The notes beneath the pieces were generated by a model. That model worked only from the letters and a program-made list of their open reading frames with translations, ran no database searches and was not told the DNA's origin. Position numbers and translations under genes: made by a program. From assembly GCA_963663765.2 (NCBI GenBank), contig CAXXUA010000013.1, positions 192,001-256,000 on the forward strand: a DNA stretch of 64,000 nt. Reading direction: 5' to 3'. The stretch is from Candidatus Poribacteria bacterium (GTDB taxonomy: Bacteria > Poribacteria > WGA-4E > WGA-3G). Positions 19,536-30,750 of the stretch are shown piece after piece (position 1 is the first letter of the stretch; each line of letters opens with the position of its first letter).

Positions 19536-20108
19536 TTACGTACAATCTTGTTTCAGCTTTGAAATCTTATCAAAATCTTGGATTGCGGACTCCAAATTGT
19601 CCATTCGTAAGTAAGTCATAGCACGTTTAAAGTAAGCATCTGTGAAGGTTGGAATTAGTTTTATTGCCTCAGAAAAATCTGCAATAGCCTTGTCATACTC
19701 ACCTATTTTCACGTATATTTTACCGCGCTCTTCGTAGATTTCGGCATCATAGGGACGGAGTTCAATCTCCTTGCTAAATCCTTCAATTGCCTTGTCGTAC
19801 TCACCTCGTTCACCGTAAAGGGCCGCGCGAAAACCCCACGCATCAGCATGATCTGGATCAAGTTTAATTGCTATGCTAAAGTCAGCAATTGCCTTGTCAT
19901 ATACCCCTTTCTCATCATATAGTTTTCCACGAGTATAAAATGTCTCAACATCATACAAGTTGAAGTCTATTGCTTTGGTAAGGTATGTGATTGCATTATC
20001 AAAATCGTTTTTTCTTATGTAAGTTTTTGCACGTGTGTTGTAGAATGTGACGAGATTAAGTTTCAGAGTTTCAATATTATTTTTCGCATTAGTATCTAAT
20101 AAGTTCAT
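19536..20108 (-). CDS. Tetratricopeptide repeat protein
   Basis: About 4-5 34-aa repeats (YxxRG...G.YDKAIADFS.AI.L.P). Confidence 0.85.
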   Translation of the reverse strand: MNLLDTNAKNNIETLKLNLVTFYNTRAKTYIRKNDFDNAITYLTKAIDFNLYDVETFYTRGKLYDEKGVYDKAIADFSIAIKLDPDHADAWGFRAALYGERGEYDKAIEGFSKEIELRPYDAEIYEERGKIYVKIGEYDKAIADFSEAIKLIPTFTDAYFKRAMTYLRMDNLESAIQDFDKISKLKQDCT

Positions 20109-20299
20109 TGTTTACCTCAATTTTACAGGTGAATTATAACACAACACATACAACATAGCAATTGGTTTCTGTGATGCAAAAACACACACAGAAATGCAAA
20201 CATCTGTTATACTGCAACAATCGGAAGTCCTAACATTCAACACCATTAGAAAAGGACCGGCATTTTGGATGTTTGAAGGGCAAACTTTTTGGCCATGGG

Positions 20300-20616
20300 A
20301 CGGTTACAACATGCCATAGAAACGTCTCGGACTGCCAACGGATGTTGCTGCATTGGTTTCTAAACTAACTACCGACACAACTGAATTGGAGTTGGTAAAC
20401 CTTAGCATATCTGAAGCACGTGATGTGATTGTCCAAGCTGGTTCAATGGGTGAACACCATTTTACAACTGCCCGATTCAAAGAGGATAACGGTGATAACA
20501 CCGTTGCGGTAGACGGAACATATCTTCAAGTTCACTTACCACCGAACACGCATATTGTGTTAGCAGTGGGAATGGAGCGTTTTGTTAATGCACCTTCGTA
20601 TCAACTGCCATGGTAA
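20300..20616 (+). pseudogene. C-terminal remnant of a large conserved hypothetical protein
   Basis: In-frame TAG just before KRLGLPTDVAALVSKL...LVNLS..ARDVIVQAGSMGEHHF...GMERFVNAPSYQLPW; reads as a protein C-terminus with no proper start or RBS; left boundary approximate. Confidence 0.55.
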
Positions 20617-20653
20617 TAGGCAAATCATCTTATATTTCTGGTGGATGTGTAAT

Positions 20654-20679
20654 GTAGAAGGGGTTTTCAACCTTGATTT
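20654..20679 (+). repeat. GTAG-type REP half-site
   Basis: gtagaaggggttttcaaccttgattt matches the reverse complement of 28299-28324 at 23/26 nt. Confidence 0.6.
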
Positions 20680-20718
20680 TGCACATGCAGTAGCAAGTAC
20701 AATTAGGAGGTAAAAATT

Positions 20719-21738
20719 ATGGCGACAGAGAGATACTTAACTGCAGAACAGAGTGTACAACAACTCCTGAAAACAACGCCACCGCTTTACTTCAATGGAA
20801 ACCCAACTAAAACGGAGTGGAAAGAATGGCGAAGGAAGTTCAAACGTAACATCGCTCGGTACCTAGGTCCAAAACCTGATGCAGTGCCGTTGGAAGTAGA
20901 GATATTAGAGAAAATAAGACGAGATGGTTACACAAGAGAAAAGATAATTTTCAATCCTGATGCATTCTCCTCAATTCCAGCTTATGTCTTAATTCCAGAC
21001 AGCGCAAACGCGGACACCCCCGTACCAGCAGTACTATGTGCACACGGGCATGGCGTTGGTAAAGACGGGGCAGTCGGTATAGTTGATGACTATCAGAAAC
21101 AGTATGCTGTGGAACTCGCAAAAAAGGGATTTGTTACCATCGCACCAGATTGGCGATGTTTCGGTGAAAGGTTAGATAGAGATGCGTGGGTTCGCCGTCC
21201 GGGTAGAGATGGGTGTAATGCTGCGTATTTCGCACTTGGGTATTTCGGTTATCAACTGCTACAACTCAACATTTCTGATGGACAACGTTGTTTGGACTAT
21301 CTTCAGAACCGTCCTGAAGTGGATAGCAGTCGGTTAGGTTGTATGGGATGTTCGTTTGGTGGTACAATGACGACCTATATATCTGCTTTCGATCGGAGAA
21401 TTAAGGCTGCTGTTATTGTCTGTTATCTTAGCACGTTGACAGATGCGTTAGGTGACCGTGGACGTGCAAATACGTGTGGATCACAGTTCATGTTTGGACT
21501 TCGCGCAGCGGGTGATATTTCGGATGTAGCAGGACTTATCGCGCCGCGGGCATGTATGGTGCAAATCGGTTCTGATGACAAGTGTTTTATTGAGTCTGAT
21601 GCTTTGTCGGCATTTGAACACTTAGAGAAGATATATACCGCATGTGGTAAACGCGAAAGGTTAGTCTTGGATCATTTTCAGGGAGGACATGAGATTGATC
21701 TGCAACCTGGGATTGCATTTTTGGAAGAGCGATTGTAA
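20719..21738 (+). CDS. Alpha/beta hydrolase (dienelactone hydrolase/acetyl esterase-like)
   Basis: HGHG, GCSFGG nucleophile motif, C-terminal GGH; AGGAGG RBS. Confidence 0.85.
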   Translation: MATERYLTAEQSVQQLLKTTPPLYFNGNPTKTEWKEWRRKFKRNIARYLGPKPDAVPLEVEILEKIRRDGYTREKIIFNPDAFSSIPAYVLIPDSANADTPVPAVLCAHGHGVGKDGAVGIVDDYQKQYAVELAKKGFVTIAPDWRCFGERLDRDAWVRRPGRDGCNAAYFALGYFGYQLLQLNISDGQRCLDYLQNRPEVDSSRLGCMGCSFGGTMTTYISAFDRRIKAAVIVCYLSTLTDALGDRGRANTCGSQFMFGLRAAGDISDVAGLIAPRACMVQIGSDDKCFIESDALSAFEHLEKIYTACGKRERLVLDHFQGGHEIDLQPGIAFLEERL

Positions 21739-21885
21739 GCCAATGAACGTTAGGAGAATACCTTGTTATATTGATATTTCCTTAATATAAATTGCAGTAT
21801 CAAGTGCATTAATCAACAACTATTGTTGGAATCATCTTGGTCAAAAACAACTGTGCAGAGTTGTAAAAAACACAAGGAGGAGTCT

Positions 21886-24219
21886 ATGATAGAACGATGG
21901 GGTATGTATGAAGCTACACTGAATGGACCTGACACGGGTAATCCATTTGTTGATGTAAGCATAACAGCTGAATTTAAGCATAATGGGGGTCGGTCTTTTG
22001 AGTTGTCTGGGTTCTATGATGGAAACGGGATTTACAAACTCCGATTCATGCCTGATGAAGTAGGTGAATGGAGTTACACAACAAAAAGTAACCGAACCGA
22101 ACTTGATGGTGAAACAGGACGTTTTACATGTATCAAGCCATCAGAGGGAAACCACGGACCCATACAAGTATTCAAAGATTACTATTTGCGCTATACCGAT
22201 GAAACTCCATACCATCAATTTGGTACAACATGTTATGCATGGGTACATCAAGGTGATTCTATGGAAGAACAGACACTCAAAACCCTTGCAGATGCTCCGT
22301 TCAACAAGATCCGGATGTGCATCTTTCCTAAAGATTACATATACAATGAAAACGAACCTACCTACTACCCATTTGAGGGAAAGCCGTTAAAGGAATGGGA
22401 TTATAGCAGATTCAATCCTGTATTTTGGCAGCATTTTGAACAGCGTGTGCAAGACCTATTAGACCTTGGTATTGAAGCAGATATAATCCTCTTTCACACC
22501 TATGACCGCTGGGATTTTGAAAATATGGATGCGGAAAGTGATGATCGCTATATCCGTTATGCCGTGGCACGTTTAGCTGCATTTCGCAATGTATGGTGGT
22601 CGCTTGCAAATGAATATGACATCATGCCTGCAAAAGAAGAAACTGACTGGGACAGGTTTTTCCAGATTATCCGTGACAATGATCCATATCAACGTCTGCG
22701 TGGGATACACAATTGCCGGCAATGGTATGACCATGGCAAGTCATGGGTGACACACACCAGCATTCAAACTATCAATATGGCACAAGGTATCAACTATCGA
22801 ACGCAATACGACAAGCCAGTTATTTATGATGAATGCCGCTATGAAGGAGACATTCCAAAGGGATGGGGAAATATCACTGCCAGACAGATGGTGCAGAACT
22901 TTTGGGCAGGCACTGCTTCTGGCTGCTATGTTGGACATGGAGAGACCTATAAACATCCTGAAGACTTACTATGGTGGGCAAAAGGGGGTGTTCTACATGG
23001 TGAGAGTCCGTCGCGAATAGCATTTTTAAAAGACTTTATGAAAGACGCACCAACGTTTGATACGCTTGAACCAATTGGCGATGATATGGGACGATATATC
23101 CTTGAGAAACAAGGAGAATACTATTTGGTCTATACTACCTCACCACAGTCAATTACAATACAGTTGCATGGAGATCAACCGTACAAAATTGATGGTGTTG
23201 ATATGTGGAACATGAAGATACTCTCTATTGGAACAGCACAACCAGGAGAATATAGAATTGATGCGCTTCATGATGATTTTGTATACCGGTTTACTCCCTA
23301 CACACCAGGTGAAAAACTACGTCCTGAAGCAAAAGCAGAAGTAGATGTCACACAAGGAAATGCTCCGTTAAATGTTGCTTTTACAGCAGCAGGGAATTTA
23401 ACACATCGCTGGGATTTCGGTGATGGTATAACATCAGATCAATCGAATCCTACACACGTCTTTGAAAAACTTGGACAACATACTGTCACACTGCAGGTCA
23501 CTGATGATGAAGGAATGTCAACAATAACTTCTCTATCAATAAACGTGTTACCAGAAGTGCCAGCAAATATCGGAACCCATACGGTCTTCCCCGGTTCACG
23601 CTATGGACTTGTTTTTTACTGGAATAGCGCGTTTGAAGATAGCAATGAAATTATCTCTCGAGACGGTGCATCCATTAATGAAGATGGACAGATAGATCTA
23701 AAATCTGGTGCATTCCTTGCTGAGAATGTGAACAATACTCTTCTTACAGCTTGCCAACAAAGCAATCAATTGACAATTGAATGTGTTGTAACCACAGATA
23801 ATCTAAATCAAAACGGACCTGCACGTATCATCTCATTTTCTAAAGATGTAACACATCGGAACTTTACATTGGGGCAGGACGGCAGCCGTTTTGCAATGCG
23901 TATCCGAACACCTCATACAGGATCAAATGGACTTGATGGGGAATTCACTTTCGGGAAAATTGATGCTGGAAATTCGATCCATGTTATCGTCAGTTATTTT
24001 CTCTCAAATGTCTTTTGCTATGTAGATGGTGAATTAGTCTACTCTGGGCACGGTATACAGGGTGACTTCAGTAATTGGGAACTATACACACTCATTTTCG
24101 GAGATGAAGCAAGTGGTGGTAGAAACTGGGAAGGGAAACTCAGTCATATAGCAATTTATAGTCGCTTTGTTGGTGAGGAAGAGGCAACACACAAGTTTGG
24201 ACTAATTCAGAATGAGTGA
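21886..24219 (+). CDS. DUF5060/DUF4038 putative glycoside hydrolase (GH140-like) with PKD and LamG-like domains
   Basis: NPF...FYDG..YKLRFMP..GEW, WWSLANEYD, KPVIYDECRYEG; PKD WDFGDG...PTHVF; C-terminal concanavalin-like region; ATG 21886 after AAGGAGG. Confidence 0.75.
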   Translation: MIERWGMYEATLNGPDTGNPFVDVSITAEFKHNGGRSFELSGFYDGNGIYKLRFMPDEVGEWSYTTKSNRTELDGETGRFTCIKPSEGNHGPIQVFKDYYLRYTDETPYHQFGTTCYAWVHQGDSMEEQTLKTLADAPFNKIRMCIFPKDYIYNENEPTYYPFEGKPLKEWDYSRFNPVFWQHFEQRVQDLLDLGIEADIILFHTYDRWDFENMDAESDDRYIRYAVARLAAFRNVWWSLANEYDIMPAKEETDWDRFFQIIRDNDPYQRLRGIHNCRQWYDHGKSWVTHTSIQTINMAQGINYRTQYDKPVIYDECRYEGDIPKGWGNITARQMVQNFWAGTASGCYVGHGETYKHPEDLLWWAKGGVLHGESPSRIAFLKDFMKDAPTFDTLEPIGDDMGRYILEKQGEYYLVYTTSPQSITIQLHGDQPYKIDGVDMWNMKILSIGTAQPGEYRIDALHDDFVYRFTPYTPGEKLRPEAKAEVDVTQGNAPLNVAFTAAGNLTHRWDFGDGITSDQSNPTHVFEKLGQHTVTLQVTDDEGMSTITSLSINVLPEVPANIGTHTVFPGSRYGLVFYWNSAFEDSNEIISRDGASINEDGQIDLKSGAFLAENVNNTLLTACQQSNQLTIECVVTTDNLNQNGPARIISFSKDVTHRNFTLGQDGSRFAMRIRTPHTGSNGLDGEFTFGKIDAGNSIHVIVSYFLSNVFCYVDGELVYSGHGIQGDFSNWELYTLIFGDEASGGRNWEGKLSHIAIYSRFVGEEEATHKFGLIQNE

Positions 24220-24250
24220 GAATGATAGATCCAATACATGATAGATATTA

Positions 24251-25492
<1,242 letters not shown>

Positions 25493-25564
25493 TTATGAAA
25501 AAAACGCTCCTATTCTTCTAAATATCCAAATTTATGGTATGAATTCATTACTTTGTAGTAATCT

Positions 25565-26710
25565 TTAATATTCACGTTTGTGCCAATCGTCTTCCCATAG
25601 GTTGAAAGAACCTTCACGGTATGGGTGTTGTGCGATGAGATCCTCATTTAGTTCCATACCCAAACCAGGTCCGTTGGGAAGACTGAAGTAACCATCTATA
25701 ACTTCTGGACATCCAGTAGCAGCTTCTTTGACCCATGCTTCCGAAAAATCGTTGAAATGCTCCTGAATTTTGAAGTTCGTTGTGCATGCAGCGAAGTGCA
25801 ATGCGGTTGCAGTAGAAACCGGTCCTCCTACATTATGCGGTGCGACCGTCATATAACACATATCCCCCATTGCAGCGATTTTCTTGGTTTCCAAAAATCC
25901 ACCTGTTTGCGTAATATCGGGTTGCAAAATATCTGCAGCCTGTAAGTTGATCAACTCGCGATATTCGTATTTATTATGTAGTCGTTCACCTGTTGCAACC
26001 GGTAGATTGATCTTGTCAGCAGCTTTTGCTAATGCGGCGATATTATCGGGGGGTACAGGTTCCTCTACCCAACTCGGTTGGAATTGTTCCAATTCTGCTG
26101 CAATCTCTATAGCGGTATAAGGACTAAATCGTCCGTGCATCTCAACCAAGATTTCCACATCAGGTCCTACGGCGTCGCGAACAGCTTCTACGAGTGAAAC
26201 AGATTTTAGTTTTTCTTCATAAGAGAGTTCATAATAGCCAGCACCAAAAGGATCAAACTTGAGTGCTTTATATCCTTTATCAAGCACTTTTTTAGCAGCA
26301 TCATGAAATTCCTCTGGAGTCCGTTCTACGCGATACCAACCATTTGCATACGCTTTGATTTTGTTACGACAAGCACCACCAAGTAAGCGATAGACAGGTT
26401 GATTCAAAACCTTACCGATAATATCCCAACAAGCGATTTCAATTACACTGATACCCGTAGCGACTATCTCCCCAGCGCGTCCGTAATCATCTCGGAACAA
26501 CCGTTGGTATAAGTCTTCTGTATTGAACGGGTCGCTACCAATGACATGTCTACGTTTTGCTCCATCAATATAGGACACGAGTGCATCTGTACGATTGTTC
26601 ATCCGCACTTCACTGATACCAGTTACACCTTCGTCGGTTTCAACTTTCACGAAGGTTAGATTCCGCCAGCTTGTTCCCATAACAAGGGTAATGACATCTG
26701 TGATTTTCAT
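25565..26710 (-). CDS. Mandelate racemase/enolase superfamily acid-sugar dehydratase (DgoD-like)
   Basis: WDIIGK, YANGW, KFDPF, EMHGRF, EEP, ATGER, QPD, APHN. Confidence 0.85.
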   Translation of the reverse strand: MKITDVITLVMGTSWRNLTFVKVETDEGVTGISEVRMNNRTDALVSYIDGAKRRHVIGSDPFNTEDLYQRLFRDDYGRAGEIVATGISVIEIACWDIIGKVLNQPVYRLLGGACRNKIKAYANGWYRVERTPEEFHDAAKKVLDKGYKALKFDPFGAGYYELSYEEKLKSVSLVEAVRDAVGPDVEILVEMHGRFSPYTAIEIAAELEQFQPSWVEEPVPPDNIAALAKAADKINLPVATGERLHNKYEYRELINLQAADILQPDITQTGGFLETKKIAAMGDMCYMTVAPHNVGGPVSTATALHFAACTTNFKIQEHFNDFSEAWVKEAATGCPEVIDGYFSLPNGPGLGMELNEDLIAQHPYREGSFNLWEDDWHKREY

Positions 26711-26712
26711 GG

Positions 26713-28074
26713 TTAGTTTCTTGCTTCCTCATCTGTTACGCGGCGTTGTCCACTGCCTTTATATTGTGCAGTTTCTATGGTAGGAGTCTCTTCTCCTGCT
26801 TCAACCATCCGTCTAATGAGTCGTTCTCTCATCGTTTGTGCGACATTTTCATGGGATTTATTTTCGATGAGATTCCGTAATTCGTAAGGGTCTGCTTGAA
26901 GGTCATAAAGGTATTGTTCCTCGTAGACATCAGATCCTGCACCACTTCTACCACTATTTTTGGGTGCATCTACACAGTATTTCCAACGTTGTGTTCGGAC
27001 AGCGCGTCCTACTTGCGCTTCACTAATTTGGACAAATACTTCTTCGTCCCAATCATCTGACTCACCTCGTAGCAGCGGCAGGATAGACCGACCTTGCATT
27101 ACATCTGGTACTGCAATACCAGCAGCATCCAGAAGTGTCGGTGGTAGATCCACAAGACTCACAAGTTGTTGTATCTGTCCACCTCCAATGAAATCTGCAC
27201 CGTGCAATGCAGTTGGCACGCGGATAGAACTTTCATGACAAGAACGTTTATATTCACTATTACGCGTCTTAAAATGACAGCCATGGTCAGAAGTGAACAA
27301 AATGATAGTGTTCTCAAGTAGATTAAGGCTTTTGAGTGCATCTAACAACCTACCAAGTGCTTCATCAAGTCTTTTTACCATGCCGTAATAGCCGCCTAAG
27401 TGCTGGTGTGTTGACCCACCCAGCGCGGCGAGGTCAGGTGGTATCCATTTACCCGTATACCTTTCCCGGTACCCATCAGGTGGCGGATAGTCATCTAAAT
27501 GGTTCTGATGATGCGGTTCTATATATGATGTAAAAAGGTAAAAAGGATCGTCTTTATTTTGGTCAACATACCGGATCACAGCATCAGTTACGGCGTCAAC
27601 ACGATAACCGGGCAGGTCAATGGGTTGATTATCATTATTGAATAACCTTGTCCGATATGCATCGGATGTCATCTCCAGCACATTAGAGGCTAACCAGTAA
27701 TCATAACCGCCGCGATGTTCTTCTGGAACAGGTCCTGTGCTGCCACTATGAAGGTGCCATTTACCGATATAACCAGTGTTATAACCAGCATCCCCGAAAT
27801 GATGTGCAAGTGTTTTTAAGTCAGGTGACAATGGGATTCCGTTGCGGTAGCATCCAGTTGTTGTAGCGTATAGACCTGTTTGCAGACATGATCGTGCAGG
27901 ACCACATACAGGTTGGCATGTAAAAGAGCGACGGACATGCGTGCCTTGCTGTGCCATCCGGTCGAAATTAGGTGTTAAATCCAGTGGATTCCCGTGCAAT
28001 CCAGATGTGTCCCACCGTTGTTGGTCAGTGAAAAAGACAATGACATTCGGTTGCTGTGCGTCAGATTGGGGCAT
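26713..28074 (-). CDS. Sulfatase
   Basis: FTDQQR, CGPAR formylglycine motif, GKWHL, SDHG. Confidence 0.92.
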   Translation of the reverse strand: MPQSDAQQPNVIVFFTDQQRWDTSGLHGNPLDLTPNFDRMAQQGTHVRRSFTCQPVCGPARSCLQTGLYATTTGCYRNGIPLSPDLKTLAHHFGDAGYNTGYIGKWHLHSGSTGPVPEEHRGGYDYWLASNVLEMTSDAYRTRLFNNDNQPIDLPGYRVDAVTDAVIRYVDQNKDDPFYLFTSYIEPHHQNHLDDYPPPDGYRERYTGKWIPPDLAALGGSTHQHLGGYYGMVKRLDEALGRLLDALKSLNLLENTIILFTSDHGCHFKTRNSEYKRSCHESSIRVPTALHGADFIGGGQIQQLVSLVDLPPTLLDAAGIAVPDVMQGRSILPLLRGESDDWDEEVFVQISEAQVGRAVRTQRWKYCVDAPKNSGRSGAGSDVYEEQYLYDLQADPYELRNLIENKSHENVAQTMRERLIRRMVEAGEETPTIETAQYKGSGQRRVTDEEARN

Positions 28075-28111
28075 ATATCTGTTTTCCTCTCTCTTTGTAA
28101 TTTCTATTCAC

Positions 28112-28140
28112 ATTTTATTGTATTTTCTTATGTGTGTCAA
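28112..28140 (-). promoter_or_regulatory. sigma70 promoter for the sulfatase-dehydratase genes
   Basis: TTGACA, 17 bp, TAAAAT on the minus strand, about 40 bp upstream of ATG 28074. Confidence 0.7.
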
Positions 28141-28215
28141 GGAGGATTTGCAAATCGTATAGAGAGATATATTCAAATGTCGATTAATCGGAATTTCTAA
28201 CCTCACTTACCTAAG

Positions 28216-28324
28216 GTTAGAGCGCCCTCCTGGTCGCGACCGGGAGGTTAAAAAAATATGAATGCCATATAGGCAATCCCCTCCTACAGTAGTCGGGGAA
28301 ATCGGGGTTGAAAACCCCTCCTAC
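28216..28324. repeat. Cluster of degenerate GTAG/CTAC REP-like palindromes
   Basis: cctcctggtcgcgaccgggagg (degenerate copy of 28669-28712) and two cccctcctac half-sites. Confidence 0.7.
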
Positions 28325-28668
28325 AAGAGTGCTTTTCAACAATTGAGTGCTTTTGATTCTGATTCTTGTCACAAAAGTGAAATATTTTAGTTGTTTTTTT
28401 CGTGATTTTTGTGTTTTTTTCATAGGTATTCTCGATCGTGTCGTGGTGTGGATTTATGTGGGTTATCTGTTTTTGCTGAATTTCAAAAAAAACAACTAAA
28501 TGTGTTTTTTGTCGTTTTTCTGTTTGTATATTTATGTTCTTGTTTTTTAGCAATAGTAACATCAATCATTTATGGTGAATTAAGGTCTAAAAGTTAGGAT
28601 TTCATTTGCTCGTATGGGTAATATTATACCATTTTCATGTGATAATGTCTCATTAGTAGCGGAAATCT

Positions 28669-28712
28669 GGTAGGAGCGACCTCCCAGTCGCGACCGGGAG
28701 GTCGCTCCTACC
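28669..28712. repeat. 44-bp near-perfect GTAG REP palindrome
   Basis: ggtaggagcgacctcccagtcgcgaccgggaggtcgctcctacc is self-complementary except for one pair. Confidence 0.85.
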
Positions 28713-28905
28713 GAAGAGAGTAACCCCCTGCCAGTAAACAGTAGAATTCCTTAATGAGACAAGATTTATTAGAATTGGTATTATATCATACTGTTGTGTG
28801 GGTTTGTTGTGTTTTTGTTTTGAGAACAATAGATAACCTGATAAATCTATTGTGATTCTATTGTTGAAATTTCCCTTTGCATAAATGTTGTTGATTCTAT
28901 TCAGA

Positions 28906-30723
28906 TTAAACTTCAGTATATCCATTGGGTAACGGTTTTCCGCTGACGAGTGCAGATTTCAATGGACGTATATGTCTACAACTGCCACGATACTCAAACC
29001 CGGGACAATCACAGGTTATATCTGCACCGACTACTTCTAAAGTATAAAATTTACCTTTACTCGATGAACTTTCAGCATGATATGTAGTACGTTCAGGACC
29101 AGTTAGCACTTGTGCTAAGATTTTGATAGCTTCTTCTGAATATGGGTTTAGTTGTTTGCTTGTTGCTTCTTCAAGATGTGATGCGTTTTCTTCAAGATAT
29201 GCATCACCTGCATTTTGGAGTACACTTTGAATATCTGATTCTTTCAGTTTTGAGGTCTCAACGGACAATGCGTTCATCATTCTTTTGAGTTCACTGAGAA
29301 CGTCCATCTTTAGTGCTACCTCACCACCAGGAACCAATATTGAACCTTCAACGATGGAATCCATCAATGCTGCTTTTGTTTCCAATACTGTTTTTACGAA
29401 GGAATCAATCGTACCACTTGCGATCATATAGGTAACGTTTACAGTTCCTGTTTGACCGATACGATATGCGCGATCCTCTGCCTGCCAGTGATTTGCAGGC
29501 ACCCAATCTAAATCGTTAAATACCACTTGTCTTGCAGCAGTAAGATTTATCCCTACTCCTGCAATGTGCATATTTGCAACGAAGATTCTGATATCATCAT
29601 CGTTTTGAAACTGATCAACGCGATCCTGCCGTTTATCTGTTGGAACTGCACCTGAAACGTAAACCGCCCGATCCTTGAAGTGCTTTTGAAAACGTTGCAT
29701 TGTGTTGAGAAAGGAAGTGAAGATGATTACCTTTTCTCCCTGTTCCAATGCATTTTCGACGAATTTTATCGTATGCCGACATTTGACAAAAGCAATAGCA
29801 CGACGAACTTGAGTTATTCTTCCCATTCCTGTTCCTAAATCTGTAGCGTCTATTGATTCATTGATTTCATCGCTTTGTGCTGTTGATATTCCGATGGATT
29901 CTGGTAATCCAGCAATGGCTTCTGGTGTCTCAAATTTAGATATGAATTCTTGTACTAATCGATTATAGTGCTGTATAGCATAAGGGTGTAGTTCAACGTC
30001 CATCCATGTTCGAACTTTCGGTGGTAGGTCTAATACCTCGTCTTTGGTTCGTCGTAGCATCACACCATGTAATTGGACGGTTAGTTCTTCAATGTTGCTT
30101 GCGCCATCTGCAACTAACCCAAAATCCCCTTGATATGCTTCACAGTATCTTTTTGCAAAACTGAGAAAACTCTTACCAAGTGAATGGTTTAGTAGTTGTA
30201 GGAGCGGAAATAAGTCACGTGGCCGGTTGGTCATTGGAGTGCCAGTAAGCGTATGGACAACAGGTTCATTTTCAATCTCATGGACGAGTTTAGAAGCGTT
30301 TTGACTACGTTGACTTTGGTAGTTTTTAAGAAAATGTGCTTCATCAAAAACAACACCTTTCCAGTCAAATTCCAAGATCTTGTCAAGGTTTTTACCAAGT
30401 ATTTCGTAGTTGACAATCACCCAACCATTGAAATCTGTTGAAGGAAGGGGTTTGGGTCCAACAATTGCAGTTTCAGCAGCGGGTAGTACAATTTCTATTT
30501 CGCGTACCCAGTTGCGTTTGATAGATGCAGGACAAATGACAAGATATGGACCATCGGGTTCAGCTTCTACCATTGCCAAGATAGATTGTCGGGTTTTGCC
30601 TAAACCCATATCGTCAGCAAGGAGTGCGCGGCGACGACCCAAAAGGAATGCAATACCTTCTATTTGATGTGGAAATAAACCTTCGGCAATTTCTTCAGCA
30701 CGTTTTACACTATTTTCCTGCAT
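28906..30723 (-). CDS. SNF2-family helicase (SMARCAL1-like) with C-terminal SWIM zinc finger
   Basis: LADDMGLGKT, DEAH, LTGTP..N, QAEDRAYRIGQ; C-terminal CDC....RGSCRH. Confidence 0.9.
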   Translation of the reverse strand: MQENSVKRAEEIAEGLFPHQIEGIAFLLGRRRALLADDMGLGKTRQSILAMVEAEPDGPYLVICPASIKRNWVREIEIVLPAAETAIVGPKPLPSTDFNGWVIVNYEILGKNLDKILEFDWKGVVFDEAHFLKNYQSQRSQNASKLVHEIENEPVVHTLTGTPMTNRPRDLFPLLQLLNHSLGKSFLSFAKRYCEAYQGDFGLVADGASNIEELTVQLHGVMLRRTKDEVLDLPPKVRTWMDVELHPYAIQHYNRLVQEFISKFETPEAIAGLPESIGISTAQSDEINESIDATDLGTGMGRITQVRRAIAFVKCRHTIKFVENALEQGEKVIIFTSFLNTMQRFQKHFKDRAVYVSGAVPTDKRQDRVDQFQNDDDIRIFVANMHIAGVGINLTAARQVVFNDLDWVPANHWQAEDRAYRIGQTGTVNVTYMIASGTIDSFVKTVLETKAALMDSIVEGSILVPGGEVALKMDVLSELKRMMNALSVETSKLKESDIQSVLQNAGDAYLEENASHLEEATSKQLNPYSEEAIKILAQVLTGPERTTYHAESSSSKGKFYTLEVVGADITCDCPGFEYRGSCRHIRPLKSALVSGKPLPNGYTEV

Positions 30724-30750
30724 GCAGTATTCCTTATGGAGGGGAATATC

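Noticed and set aside
28217-28925. Short ORFs 28217-28423, 28284-28565, 28409-28597 and 28653-28925
   Set aside because: They run through REP palindromes and low-complexity T/A tracts and have no recognisable motifs
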